Origin: a virus
Strand: one strand, 5' to 3'
Virus record (IMG/VR): IMGVR_UViG_3300045988_067909
Length of the DNA: 64,000 bases
The translations under genes and the position numbers were made by a program. The notes below the pieces were generated by a model that worked only from the letters and a program-made list of their open reading frames with translations, did not search any database and was not told the DNA's origin. Of the stretch, positions 38,027-47,110 are shown piece by piece; positions within the stretch are counted from its first letter, which is position 1; every line of letters begins with the position of its first letter.

Positions 38027-38232
38027 AGTTATAGTCTCCTCAAAGAAAAAATAAACCCTGCATTATTATATGAAATATGCGTTTTAGGTTGTCATTAATG
38101 GTTGCACACGGAAATGTGTATATCCTAAATTAATGCAGGGTTATTTTTTATATACAACTATGGTAGGTTGATGATGAACGAAACAAGTGAACACATAGTT
38201 TACCTACCATAGTGTATTACATAATTAGATTA

Positions 38233-39069
38233 TTAGCGACGTGGTTTTACGAAGCGGTCGTTGCCAACAACTGTACCAACGTAACGGTTTTGAAGTTCGT
38301 TGATTTTGGATTGTTTAATACGACGTACTTCTAATACGTAGCCTACATCGTTACGACGGGATTGTGCACCCAATGTAACTTTGTATTGGTATTTGTCGCC
38401 ATATACCAAAGACATAGCTTTTTCCAATGTCATACCACGAACGATCAAACTGATCTTATTTGAATACTGATCGTATTCGTACGCAATATTAATTGTACGG
38501 AAGTCTTTGTTATGTTTGTCATCACGGTTATAATCAGAGATAGCAATCTTTTTCAAGATAGTAATAGCCATGTCTGTCATACGGAAACCAGCGAAATCTT
38601 CGTCAATGTATCCATTAGATGTACGGCTATTACGCATGCTATTAGTCATAGCCATGATGCGTTGAGTTTGCTCATCCAATTGATTATTGGCTTGAGCTTC
38701 TTTTAAAGTTTCTAATGCTCGGATACCGTCTTGACCAGCACCTAAGTTAATATCGAAACCTAATTCGATATAGATACGGCCATTGCTGTATGCTTCACGG
38801 CAACCAGCAAAATCAGGAAAAATGCGACCAAGGATATCAGATACTTGGGAACAGATTTCATTAGTAGAAACTAATTTACCAGCATAGTCTGCATCGAAGT
38901 CAGCGAAATCCAATTGGATATCGACATCTTCATTCTGTACAGAATTGTCTTCGCTGTTTTTAGGATTACCTGCATTGATTGCATCCACTAAATATTCCAT
39001 GGATGTAAACTGAGGTTGCATTAAATTTGGGTCTTGAACAAACCCTGGTTTGAAATAACTCATAGTCAT
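38233..39069 (-). CDS. hypothetical highly expressed protein
   Basis: 278 aa; codon usage biased to CGT/TTC/AAC/GGT like the sheath and tube genes; AAGGAGGAAATG RBS. Confidence 0.6.
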   Translation of the reverse strand: MTMSYFKPGFVQDPNLMQPQFTSMEYLVDAINAGNPKNSEDNSVQNEDVDIQLDFADFDADYAGKLVSTNEICSQVSDILGRIFPDFAGCREAYSNGRIYIELGFDINLGAGQDGIRALETLKEAQANNQLDEQTQRIMAMTNSMRNSRTSNGYIDEDFAGFRMTDMAITILKKIAISDYNRDDKHNKDFRTINIAYEYDQYSNKISLIVRGMTLEKAMSLVYGDKYQYKVTLGAQSRRNDVGYVLEVRRIKQSKINELQNRYVGTVVGNDRFVKPRR

Positions 39070-39146
39070 TTCCTCCTTGTTAATAAATATATAGAAAATT
39101 ACCTAGGTGTTTGGGGCACTGTAATTGTCTACACAATACCCATGTA

Positions 39147-39172
39147 CACACCTTTATATTATATAACCATAA
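39147..39172 (-). promoter_or_regulatory. minus-strand copy of promoter-module core (GAGTTTTATGGTTATATAATATAAAGG)
   Basis: Reverse complement of 39147-39172 contains AAACTC-like + TGGTTATATAATATAA; ~95 nt upstream of the highly expressed 38233-39069 gene. Confidence 0.4.
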
Positions 39173-39184
39173 AACTCTTTGGCT

Positions 39185-40066
39185 TTATAGATATATTCCT
39201 TGGATTTCATTCTTGTCTATATACTTGACTATATAGAGTCTATCGTTCTTATCTTCTACTAGCATATACTTACCTTTGATATTATACAGATTGACGTCAT
39301 GATAATACTCAGTAACTATACAGTCTAAGAAGATAGCTCTAGCTACAGATTCAAGAACGAAGATATCACCACGTGTTAACTGACCATGTGTAAGATATCT
39401 ATCTTTAAACGATAGTTCAATTCGTTTAATTTTAAAGTTAGCTCTAAAGTAAGATTGGAAATTGATTCCTTCGAAGAATTTAGTTAGTCCTTCGATAGGT
39501 GTATCGCTATATGTAATACCAAAGCTTCTATCAACTAAGAGATCAAATATCTTCTCAGTAATAACTGTATTAGTTGCAATAAGTGGAATGATAGTACTAT
39601 GGTTATCATTTACATATAAGTCTATAGTCATCTTAGAATGAAGCTCTTTAACATCACTCATTAGATTCATATAAGACATCTCATACTCTTCTACAGAGTT
39701 ATTCTCTAATAAGGCTTTAGTACAACACTTACCAGGTTGTAAAGCCCCAGTTACAGAATCTCTATAACCAACTCTACAGATATAGAATGGGTAACCATAA
39801 GATTCTCTTTCATTGTATATAGAAATAACTACGTCTTCTTGACCATTCTTCAATACAGCTATTTCTACATGTAACTTACAATGTGGATTAAGAGCCTTAT
39901 ACTCTTTATTAACTACATCTCTAGCTATACTCTTTCTACCAGTATTACCAATAATCTCAGTAACACCGTAAAAGTTTTTAGTATTAGTTGACGTTACTCT
40001 ATAAAGTTCTTTAATATTTTCATTATCATCATATTTAAGAAACTTTTGTCCTAATGTCAGTATCAT
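39185..40066 (-). CDS. hypothetical protein
   Basis: 293 aa ORF; terminator hairpin TGGTGGTACATAACTATATATGTACCACCA upstream of its start. Confidence 0.55.
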   Translation of the reverse strand: MILTLGQKFLKYDDNENIKELYRVTSTNTKNFYGVTEIIGNTGRKSIARDVVNKEYKALNPHCKLHVEIAVLKNGQEDVVISIYNERESYGYPFYICRVGYRDSVTGALQPGKCCTKALLENNSVEEYEMSYMNLMSDVKELHSKMTIDLYVNDNHSTIIPLIATNTVITEKIFDLLVDRSFGITYSDTPIEGLTKFFEGINFQSYFRANFKIKRIELSFKDRYLTHGQLTRGDIFVLESVARAIFLDCIVTEYYHDVNLYNIKGKYMLVEDKNDRLYIVKYIDKNEIQGIYL

Positions 40067-40134
40067 AGTAAATTACCTCCCAAGCACAATATATGGTGGT
40101 ACATATATAGTTATGTACCACCAATTATTATTTT

Positions 40135-42228
40135 TTATCTTAAGAATAGTACCGCTTTAAGATAGTCCAATGTATATTTCAACGTAGACCCTTTGATGCG
40201 AATGACTTTATCATTAAATTTAGTTGTGCTATAGTACTTAGTAAAGTTAAAGTTAGTTTCTTTATTAAGTATATACACCATACACTTAGTATAGTCATTC
40301 AAGATTCTAGCTCTTGTATCAATTAGCTTCTTATCTTTATGACCTTTGTTTAGCATAGACTCAATACATATATTCATATACCATAGTTTAGCTGATTCGA
40401 ATTTAACACCATCCATATTACCAGCTGTCATATAGATTACCAATAAACGATGTGTCTTAAAGAACTCATCATCAAAGTTAATCTTTTCTGGCTTAGTAAT
40501 TAATAGATCACCATAGTTATTAAACTCTATAGGGATATCTTTAGCTTCATTAATAGCAGATTCACGTAAGATTCTATCAATCACTTTCTGTTTAGCTACA
40601 GATTGTAAACGTTTCTTATAAGCTATACTATCTGACGGTAAGAACTTGGTTGTTGGTACACCTAAAGCTAATAGCTTCTCTGTAGCACTAGTAAGTTCTT
40701 CTTCACTTTCAGAAGTTCTCCATTGCTTAATGGTTTTATTAACCATAGTAAACCATTTATTGAACGCTAAACGTTTACTACGATTAGAACTGATATCGAT
40801 ACCTTGCCAGATATCTTTATATGCATCTAGCCAAGCAAGCATATCTACACAATCAGTATCAGTACTATGCTTCCTAGTGTATTCTTTTAGCTTACTTTCA
40901 ATCTCTTCTGGTGTAAAGAATGGTACACCTGCTGGTAATACTGGATCTTGTATTTGATTACCCCAAACATCTGTAGCTTCTATTAGAGTGATATCTTGAT
41001 ACTTAAGTTCCATTGTATTTAGAAGATGAGACTTCATAAAGTTATAGAACGTTTCATTAGTACAACCAACTAACTCTAATAGTTTCCAGTCAGACATTTG
41101 TTGTAATTGAATAGGCATACCCTTATATAAAGACCATAGTTCTTCTAAAGATACTATAGACTTACATAGGTTCATAATATAGATACCTGTATTTAAAGAC
41201 CATTCTTTAGCAGAATGAAGTTCTCTACCCTTATTAGCAAGATTGATACCAAACATATTTGCTCTATTAAGAATAGCACTATTCTTTAATTGTACTTCTT
41301 CATCACTGATGTCAGCTTCAGCATCTTCTTTGATAGATATATTGTCATATTTAATAGGCTGATTCAAGAACTGTTTCTTTAATTCTTCATATCTATCTGA
41401 ATTGGTTTTACCAAATAGACGAATAGATACATCATCAGAGAAGCGTTGTTGGTCATTAGTTAAACCATAGAAAATATCCATCTGTGCATCTAATTCTTTC
41501 TCAGATTCTGGTGTAGCCAATACAAATGAATTAGGGTCACAGTTTAAGAATGCTTCTTTAGTATAGTTATCACAGTTGCTACATGGTGTATCAGATAATA
41601 CATTATCAGTTAACAATACATCATTCAAATCAATAGCTGAATCAGTACGATTCATAGTCTTTACATTAATAGCAAAGTATCCATCATTATCTGTCATTAC
41701 ATCGATATCAGGATGATCTCTAACTATCTCTTTGGCTTTATTCTTTTCTAATTCACCTATTAATGGCATATAGTCATCAGGTAACTTAGAGAAGTCTATC
41801 TCAGCCATTTCTGCTTCTTGCTCTAGAGTAGCAATAACAGAAGACATTTCAACCAATGCTTTATCTGGTTCAAATGTAATCTCTTCAAAGTCTTTATTGT
41901 ATTTGATTTGGTCATGAGAGATTAGTTCCATACCAGTCAATTGTTCATAGAAGTTATTAGCTTCTAGTTTACGTTTATCTTCACCTTTGAAACGGTATAA
42001 GTTAAACTTACGGTCTTTTAAGAAATCTGATTTCTTATATTCTTTTGTACCATCAGAAGACTTTACTTTAATAGTATCATCTTCTAAGTCTTTGGTTAAA
42101 CCATAACCCTCTACTGATTCATCACCAGTAAAAGAGTTACTGTAACCATATTGTACTACGATTTGATCACTAGCATTAGCTGGTGGAACTCCACCAACGT
42201 TAGCAGTGAACTCTTTTAGATTAGACAT
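40135..42228 (-). CDS. hypothetical protein (697 aa)
   Basis: Large ORF, start overlaps stop of upstream gene (ATGA-like coupling). Confidence 0.6.
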   Translation of the reverse strand: MSNLKEFTANVGGVPPANASDQIVVQYGYSNSFTGDESVEGYGLTKDLEDDTIKVKSSDGTKEYKKSDFLKDRKFNLYRFKGEDKRKLEANNFYEQLTGMELISHDQIKYNKDFEEITFEPDKALVEMSSVIATLEQEAEMAEIDFSKLPDDYMPLIGELEKNKAKEIVRDHPDIDVMTDNDGYFAINVKTMNRTDSAIDLNDVLLTDNVLSDTPCSNCDNYTKEAFLNCDPNSFVLATPESEKELDAQMDIFYGLTNDQQRFSDDVSIRLFGKTNSDRYEELKKQFLNQPIKYDNISIKEDAEADISDEEVQLKNSAILNRANMFGINLANKGRELHSAKEWSLNTGIYIMNLCKSIVSLEELWSLYKGMPIQLQQMSDWKLLELVGCTNETFYNFMKSHLLNTMELKYQDITLIEATDVWGNQIQDPVLPAGVPFFTPEEIESKLKEYTRKHSTDTDCVDMLAWLDAYKDIWQGIDISSNRSKRLAFNKWFTMVNKTIKQWRTSESEEELTSATEKLLALGVPTTKFLPSDSIAYKKRLQSVAKQKVIDRILRESAINEAKDIPIEFNNYGDLLITKPEKINFDDEFFKTHRLLVIYMTAGNMDGVKFESAKLWYMNICIESMLNKGHKDKKLIDTRARILNDYTKCMVYILNKETNFNFTKYYSTTKFNDKVIRIKGSTLKYTLDYLKAVLFLR

Positions 42229-43043
42229 TAATCTTCTCCTTTAAGTTCCTTGATGGCATTCTCACACCATGAAGTGAATTCATTAATATTGAAAGTCTTA
42301 GTATTATCATTATCCTCTAACTTGAAACGTAGTTCCATGAATATAGCTAATAGCTGTGCAAAGTTATTATCAGTAAGACGAATATAGTTATACTTGTCTA
42401 GAGTGATAATATTAAACTCTTTGGCTTTTTGTTTAGCTCTATACTCAGGCATGCTTCTTGTGTTAGGATGATCACCTCCATCTTTGACTTCGATTATGAG
42501 GTTATATGGTATATAATATATATCCGTAATCCAATTTCGTGTAACACCATTTTGGTCTACATATTGGATAGTTGGACCAGGCATCATAATATCATCACTA
42601 GGGATATGTAGAACTTTATCCATGAACTCAATAGCACGTTTCTCATATGTACCAGTATAAGTAAACATAGTACCATCAGAATATTTGTAAGTACCAGATA
42701 TACGTCTATTGGCTAACATCTTTTCTTGGTGCTCTGGATCATGCATGAATGTATATCTCCCATATACTTTATGCATATTCTCTAAAGCACGTTTACGCAT
42801 TTCTTTCTTACACTTCTCACTACAATACTTATTATATCTCCAAGTCTTTTCATTCCATTGTGTTTCATTCTTACAGATAACACAAGTTCCTTTAGACTTT
42901 TTATTAATTGTATTGAATACAATTCTAGCTGCAGAGTAACCCTCAGGGATTAGTTCTTGGTGTTTATTTTGTATATGTCTTACCAATGGTTCACGTTCTA
43001 GACGTTTCTCACAGAAAGGACATTTGAATCTTTTCGTTGCCAT
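42228..43043 (-). CDS. zinc-finger protein with possible PD-(D/E)xK nuclease core
   Basis: N-terminal C2H2-like CPFCEKRLEREPLVRHIQNKH and second Cys cluster CVICKNE..CSEKCKK; C-terminal ITDIYYIPYNLIIEVKDGG resembles a D..(E)VK restriction-endonuclease-fold motif. Confidence 0.45.
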   Translation of the reverse strand: MATKRFKCPFCEKRLEREPLVRHIQNKHQELIPEGYSAARIVFNTINKKSKGTCVICKNETQWNEKTWRYNKYCSEKCKKEMRKRALENMHKVYGRYTFMHDPEHQEKMLANRRISGTYKYSDGTMFTYTGTYEKRAIEFMDKVLHIPSDDIMMPGPTIQYVDQNGVTRNWITDIYYIPYNLIIEVKDGGDHPNTRSMPEYRAKQKAKEFNIITLDKYNYIRLTDNNFAQLLAIFMELRFKLEDNDNTKTFNINEFTSWCENAIKELKGED

Positions 43044-43140
43044 ATGTACCTCCTTTAGGGCAGTTTACATGTATGTTTTCACAGGGCTAACTTTATAATA
43101 AGATGCTTAAAGCTACCCAAATAAGCCGAAAGGAGGCATT

Positions 43141-43542
43141 ATGGATACTAATAAATATAAGACATCATCTAAGATTAAAGAATATGCTTTATCGGTAGAT
43201 TCATTTAATAAACCAACAGAATATACTAATGCTAGAGCTATAGCTGTAGATATTATTAGACTATTCTTATTAGAACCTGGTACATTACAAAACAATCCAG
43301 ACTGTGGTATTGGTTTGTATAGTAGATATAAGTTTATAAATAGTGATAGACTACATGAACTAGAAGATACTGCCAAGAATCAAATACAAACATATCTTGC
43401 TCCTATGTCTTCTATTACAGTAGACTGCTCATTTATCAACGTAAATGTATTACTTATTAGAATGACTATTGACACATCTTCTGTCAATCTAGTTTTTAAT
43501 AAGGATAACCTTACTTTAAAAGATATTTCCAATTATAATTAA
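43141..43542 (+). CDS. hypothetical protein
   Basis: 133 aa ORF with AAAGGAGG RBS; divergent from the minus-strand block. Confidence 0.5.
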   Translation: MDTNKYKTSSKIKEYALSVDSFNKPTEYTNARAIAVDIIRLFLLEPGTLQNNPDCGIGLYSRYKFINSDRLHELEDTAKNQIQTYLAPMSSITVDCSFINVNVLLIRMTIDTSSVNLVFNKDNLTLKDISNYN

Positions 43543-43555
43543 GGAGGACTATTAG

Positions 43556-45310
43556 ATGGAAAAGAAAACTCTTTCCTTATCTGATTTGCAAGCTGAAGCT
43601 AATGTATCTGCAGAAGAAAATAATGCTGTAGAAACACCAGCTGAAGATACACCTGTAACGCCACAACCTGTAGAAGAGGAAGCACCTAAAAGTATTCGTG
43701 ATAATCCACTATACAACTTAGGCAATCCTACAGAAGATGCTATCAAAGAAGTAGCAATCGAAGATGTAGCTAAGTATGAAAATGAAAACTTTGCTGAAAA
43801 AGAATACGAAAAGAAAATGAATGACTTCGATGAACAAACTCGTCGAGCATTCCAACGTCGTTTCGGTCCAGCTATCGAAGAAGTTCAACGTATGGCTGAT
43901 GAATACGAAGAACGTAAAGAAATCGAAGGTGGAGATGTACGTGTAGTTTCTACTTATGATAAGAATGCTGAAGTAAATCCTGATGAAGCTCTTACTAAAG
44001 AAGAAATCGAAGAACGTAATGCTATTGCTTTAGCAGAAGCACGTAAGAAATCTCCAGCTAAGAAAGTTGAAACTAAAACAGTAGAAACTCCGACTACAGT
44101 TAAAGAAGAAACTGTAGATGATATTGAAGCTGAACTATTAGACCAACCTACAGTACCAGAACAAACTGTAGTTGATCCAGAAGATGATGATAAAGAATTA
44201 GATATCATTGATGATGATATTATTAATGACTTAGGTCTAGCAGATGAAATGCGTGAAATTGAAGAAAAAGAACGTGAAGAACGATTAAACAAACGTATGT
44301 CTACGTTCAAAGATCAATTACGTACTATGCTAGTTCCTAATAAAGCAAAAACTGATTTATCTAAATTCAAGATTCTTAAATCTACTATGCCAGCAAGTAA
44401 TATCTTAAGTAAACAAGCTGAAGAAACTCCATATTACACTTGGGTATTACCTTATACCGGTATTTCTGTATCTGTTTCTCCATTGTCCGCTATTGAAATC
44501 CAAAACTTAATTAATACAGAAGAAGGACGTAATAACGTTGAAGCTGCACGTGCTCAATTCGAATTGATTTGGAAACACTTGCATCCTAAATGTAATGCTG
44601 GGTCTTTTGAAAACTGGTGTAAGAAAATTCACTATGCTGATATTGACCACTTATACTTCGCTGTATATAAAGCATGCTTCCAAAATGCTAATATCATTGG
44701 CTTCCAATGTCAAAATACTAAATGTGATAATATCTTTGCAGAAAAACGTGAAATCATGGAAATGGTTAAATTCGGTTCTGATAAAGATAAAGAGCTATTC
44801 GATAAGCTTTACCAAAAAGACCCATCTGTAGATTGCACTTTAGAAGAAGACTTAATGGAAGTCTCTGATAAATATGCTATTGGTGTAGGCCCTATCACAT
44901 TATACAATATCCTATTTGAAATTAACTTCGTAGATAAAGCTATGACTGAAAAGTATGATACTTTCGTTGGTATGGCCGCTACTATTAAATCCTTATATCG
45001 TATTGATGAAGAAAAAGAAGCATTGATTCCTATCGCTTTCCGTACAGATAAGAATGATGTAGTTAAGACATACAAATATCGTATTGCTTCTCTATACAAA
45101 ATCTTCAATACTTTAAGTGATATTGACTTAAACGATATCAGTGATCGTATTGGTGAGTATGCTGATAGATATGCTGATTCCATTGATATTTCTTACCAAA
45201 TGCCAGCGGCTACATGTCCTGAATGTGGTGATGAAATCCAAGCTGCTGAGGCTCCAGCTCAACAATTGGTTTTTATACGACATCGGCTAGTACAAGTTTT
45301 GAACTCCTAG
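43556..45310 (+). CDS. hypothetical protein: acidic N-terminal half, Cys-containing C-terminal half
   Basis: 584 aa; Glu/Asp-rich first ~250 aa; C-terminal CQNTKC and CPEC pairs. Confidence 0.6.
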   Translation: MEKKTLSLSDLQAEANVSAEENNAVETPAEDTPVTPQPVEEEAPKSIRDNPLYNLGNPTEDAIKEVAIEDVAKYENENFAEKEYEKKMNDFDEQTRRAFQRRFGPAIEEVQRMADEYEERKEIEGGDVRVVSTYDKNAEVNPDEALTKEEIEERNAIALAEARKKSPAKKVETKTVETPTTVKEETVDDIEAELLDQPTVPEQTVVDPEDDDKELDIIDDDIINDLGLADEMREIEEKEREERLNKRMSTFKDQLRTMLVPNKAKTDLSKFKILKSTMPASNILSKQAEETPYYTWVLPYTGISVSVSPLSAIEIQNLINTEEGRNNVEAARAQFELIWKHLHPKCNAGSFENWCKKIHYADIDHLYFAVYKACFQNANIIGFQCQNTKCDNIFAEKREIMEMVKFGSDKDKELFDKLYQKDPSVDCTLEEDLMEVSDKYAIGVGPITLYNILFEINFVDKAMTEKYDTFVGMAATIKSLYRIDEEKEALIPIAFRTDKNDVVKTYKYRIASLYKIFNTLSDIDLNDISDRIGEYADRYADSIDISYQMPAATCPECGDEIQAAEAPAQQLVFIRHRLVQVLNS

Positions 45311-45357
45311 ACCAAGTCAATAGGCTATCTTATGAGTATCGTGGGCGAATAACTATC

Positions 45358-45630
45358 ATGGAGATTATGAATGCTCCTGTATGGTATATGGTAGCCCTAC
45401 GATACTTTAAATACCAAGAACGTGTAACTGCTAAAAAGAAACAAAAAGAAGATGATATTAAAGCCAAAGCTAAAAAGCAAAGCTTTAATAAGAATAAATA
45501 CACTGGTAGACAGTTACTAGAGATGGATATAGCCAGAGAAAATGGTCACCATATCCCTGGTTTCGAAGGATTAACTAGAGACGAAGCTGATGATCTTAAT
45601 GAACAAATGATGGAAGAAGGTCTCATCTAA
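45358..45630 (+). CDS. small basic/acidic protein translationally coupled to the radical SAM enzyme
   Basis: 90 aa; stop TAA overlaps ATG of 45630 gene (TAATG); weak RBS. Confidence 0.45.
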   Translation: MEIMNAPVWYMVALRYFKYQERVTAKKKQKEDDIKAKAKKQSFNKNKYTGRQLLEMDIARENGHHIPGFEGLTRDEADDLNEQMMEEGLI

Positions 45631-46694
45631 TGTATACTATACCTAAGAAAGCAATTAATACTTTAGATGATTTTACTCTATCAAACTTAGAATTGATTCT
45701 AAATAAAGACTGTAATATGGCTTGTAGTTATTGCTTCTTATATGGTGATACAAATAGTGGTGAAAGATTCTCCAGATGGGATGACTTATTAGAGATGCTT
45801 AAGAATATAAATATATCTGAAACATTATCTGTTGGGCTAGACTCTGGAGAATTATTTACCCCTGATAGATTACCATTAGTTATGAAAGCTATGAGAGTCT
45901 TAAAAAAAATTACTAGGTATAAAAACACTACAATAGATTGGTGTACTTATAGTAATGGTACTAACTTCGAGCCTATAAGAGATTTCTTAATAGCAACTCA
46001 GGGTGAGAATAGAACCATTAGTGTATCATATGATGGCGAAGATTCATATAGAAGACTTAAGAACAATAAACCATCTAATACATTAGACACTCTTAAGAGA
46101 TTAAGTGAATCTGGATTTGCTAATGATATCATTATCAGATATGCTATTACAGAGAAAGTGTATAATATGAAAGAGACTTTCGATGCTCTATACAAATTAG
46201 GATATAAGAATATTGAATACTATTTTATACGTAATTATAATTCTTATACCATTCCACTAGTTGTGGATACTTTTAGAAAGAGTCTTACTGATACACTTAA
46301 CTATGTAAAAGATACTGATATTGATTTGTATAATCTACATGATTACTATAGCAATCAAAATCCAACCGTTATTTGTAACTATGGTAATATGCTCACTATA
46401 ACACCTAACGGTAAAATGAGTACTTGCTGTGCAGTCTATGAGGGTATCTATGCTGATAATGTAGAAGCTGATCTATTAGAGTATAATCGTATACCTGAAC
46501 TATATAACTCTTTCGAAGCTAACTATATCTATGATAGGTCTAAAAGTGAATGTGCAGTATGTACAAATCAAATGTGTAAAGAATGCTGTTCATATAAAGC
46601 TATTGGAAGAGATAAATATTATAATAAGAGACACCATCAACAGTGTCATATTAGGCATGCTGAACTAGCTGTCTATGATTCTATTTTTAATTGA
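45630..46694 (+). CDS. radical SAM enzyme with C-terminal SPASM/twitch-like Cys-rich domain
   Basis: CNMACSYC (CxxxCxxC) at aa 28-35; C-terminal CNYGNMLTITPNGKMSTCC .. CAVCTNQMCKECC auxiliary-cluster pattern. Confidence 0.8.
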   Translation: MYTIPKKAINTLDDFTLSNLELILNKDCNMACSYCFLYGDTNSGERFSRWDDLLEMLKNINISETLSVGLDSGELFTPDRLPLVMKAMRVLKKITRYKNTTIDWCTYSNGTNFEPIRDFLIATQGENRTISVSYDGEDSYRRLKNNKPSNTLDTLKRLSESGFANDIIIRYAITEKVYNMKETFDALYKLGYKNIEYYFIRNYNSYTIPLVVDTFRKSLTDTLNYVKDTDIDLYNLHDYYSNQNPTVICNYGNMLTITPNGKMSTCCAVYEGIYADNVEADLLEYNRIPELYNSFEANYIYDRSKSECAVCTNQMCKECCSYKAIGRDKYYNKRHHQQCHIRHAELAVYDSIFN

Positions 46695-46711
46695 TATTTT
46701 CGGAGACATAA

Positions 46712-47035
46712 ATGGACTTACTAGAGTTTTCATCTAAATTTATTATGGGAGAAACAGATGCATTATCTACATTTTGTCGTCTATTTACCGAGAATAATAT
46801 CTTATACTTTATGCTAGCACCATATGGATGTCTTGGTAATAAAATTGTCAAGTCTGACTTATGTGAAGATAGTGTAGCAGTTACTATATTTGGTAATAAA
46901 TCAAATATTAATGCGTTTAAAAGCATTGAAACAGATTACAATGGGAAGGTAATAAATCGCCATAACACGAATATTGCAATTTCCTGTGTATGTCATAAGC
47001 CAACTGAAATACAAATGGTTTTCAGTAGAGTTTAG
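46712..47035 (+). CDS. small Cys-containing hypothetical protein
   Basis: 107 aa, 7 Cys (several in pairs); immediately downstream of rSAM gene; followed by hairpin CCCATAGTCCACATATAGGACTATGGG. Confidence 0.45.
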   Translation: MDLLEFSSKFIMGETDALSTFCRLFTENNILYFMLAPYGCLGNKIVKSDLCEDSVAVTIFGNKSNINAFKSIETDYNGKVINRHNTNIAISCVCHKPTEIQMVFSRV

Positions 47036-47110
47036 ATGTGTAAATTCCCATAGTCCACATATAGGACTATGGGATTTCTACATATTAATAACTACGGAGG
47101 TTATAAAAAT

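Noticed and set aside
45250-45360. Programmed -1 frameshift joining the 584-aa gene (43556-45310) to the 90-aa ORF, whose frame is open 36 codons upstream and overlaps the 584-aa gene end
   Set aside because: The overlap contains GGTTTTTAT but no canonical X XXY YYZ slippery heptamer in the correct frame and no obvious downstream pseudoknot. It is more simply an overlapping independent start.
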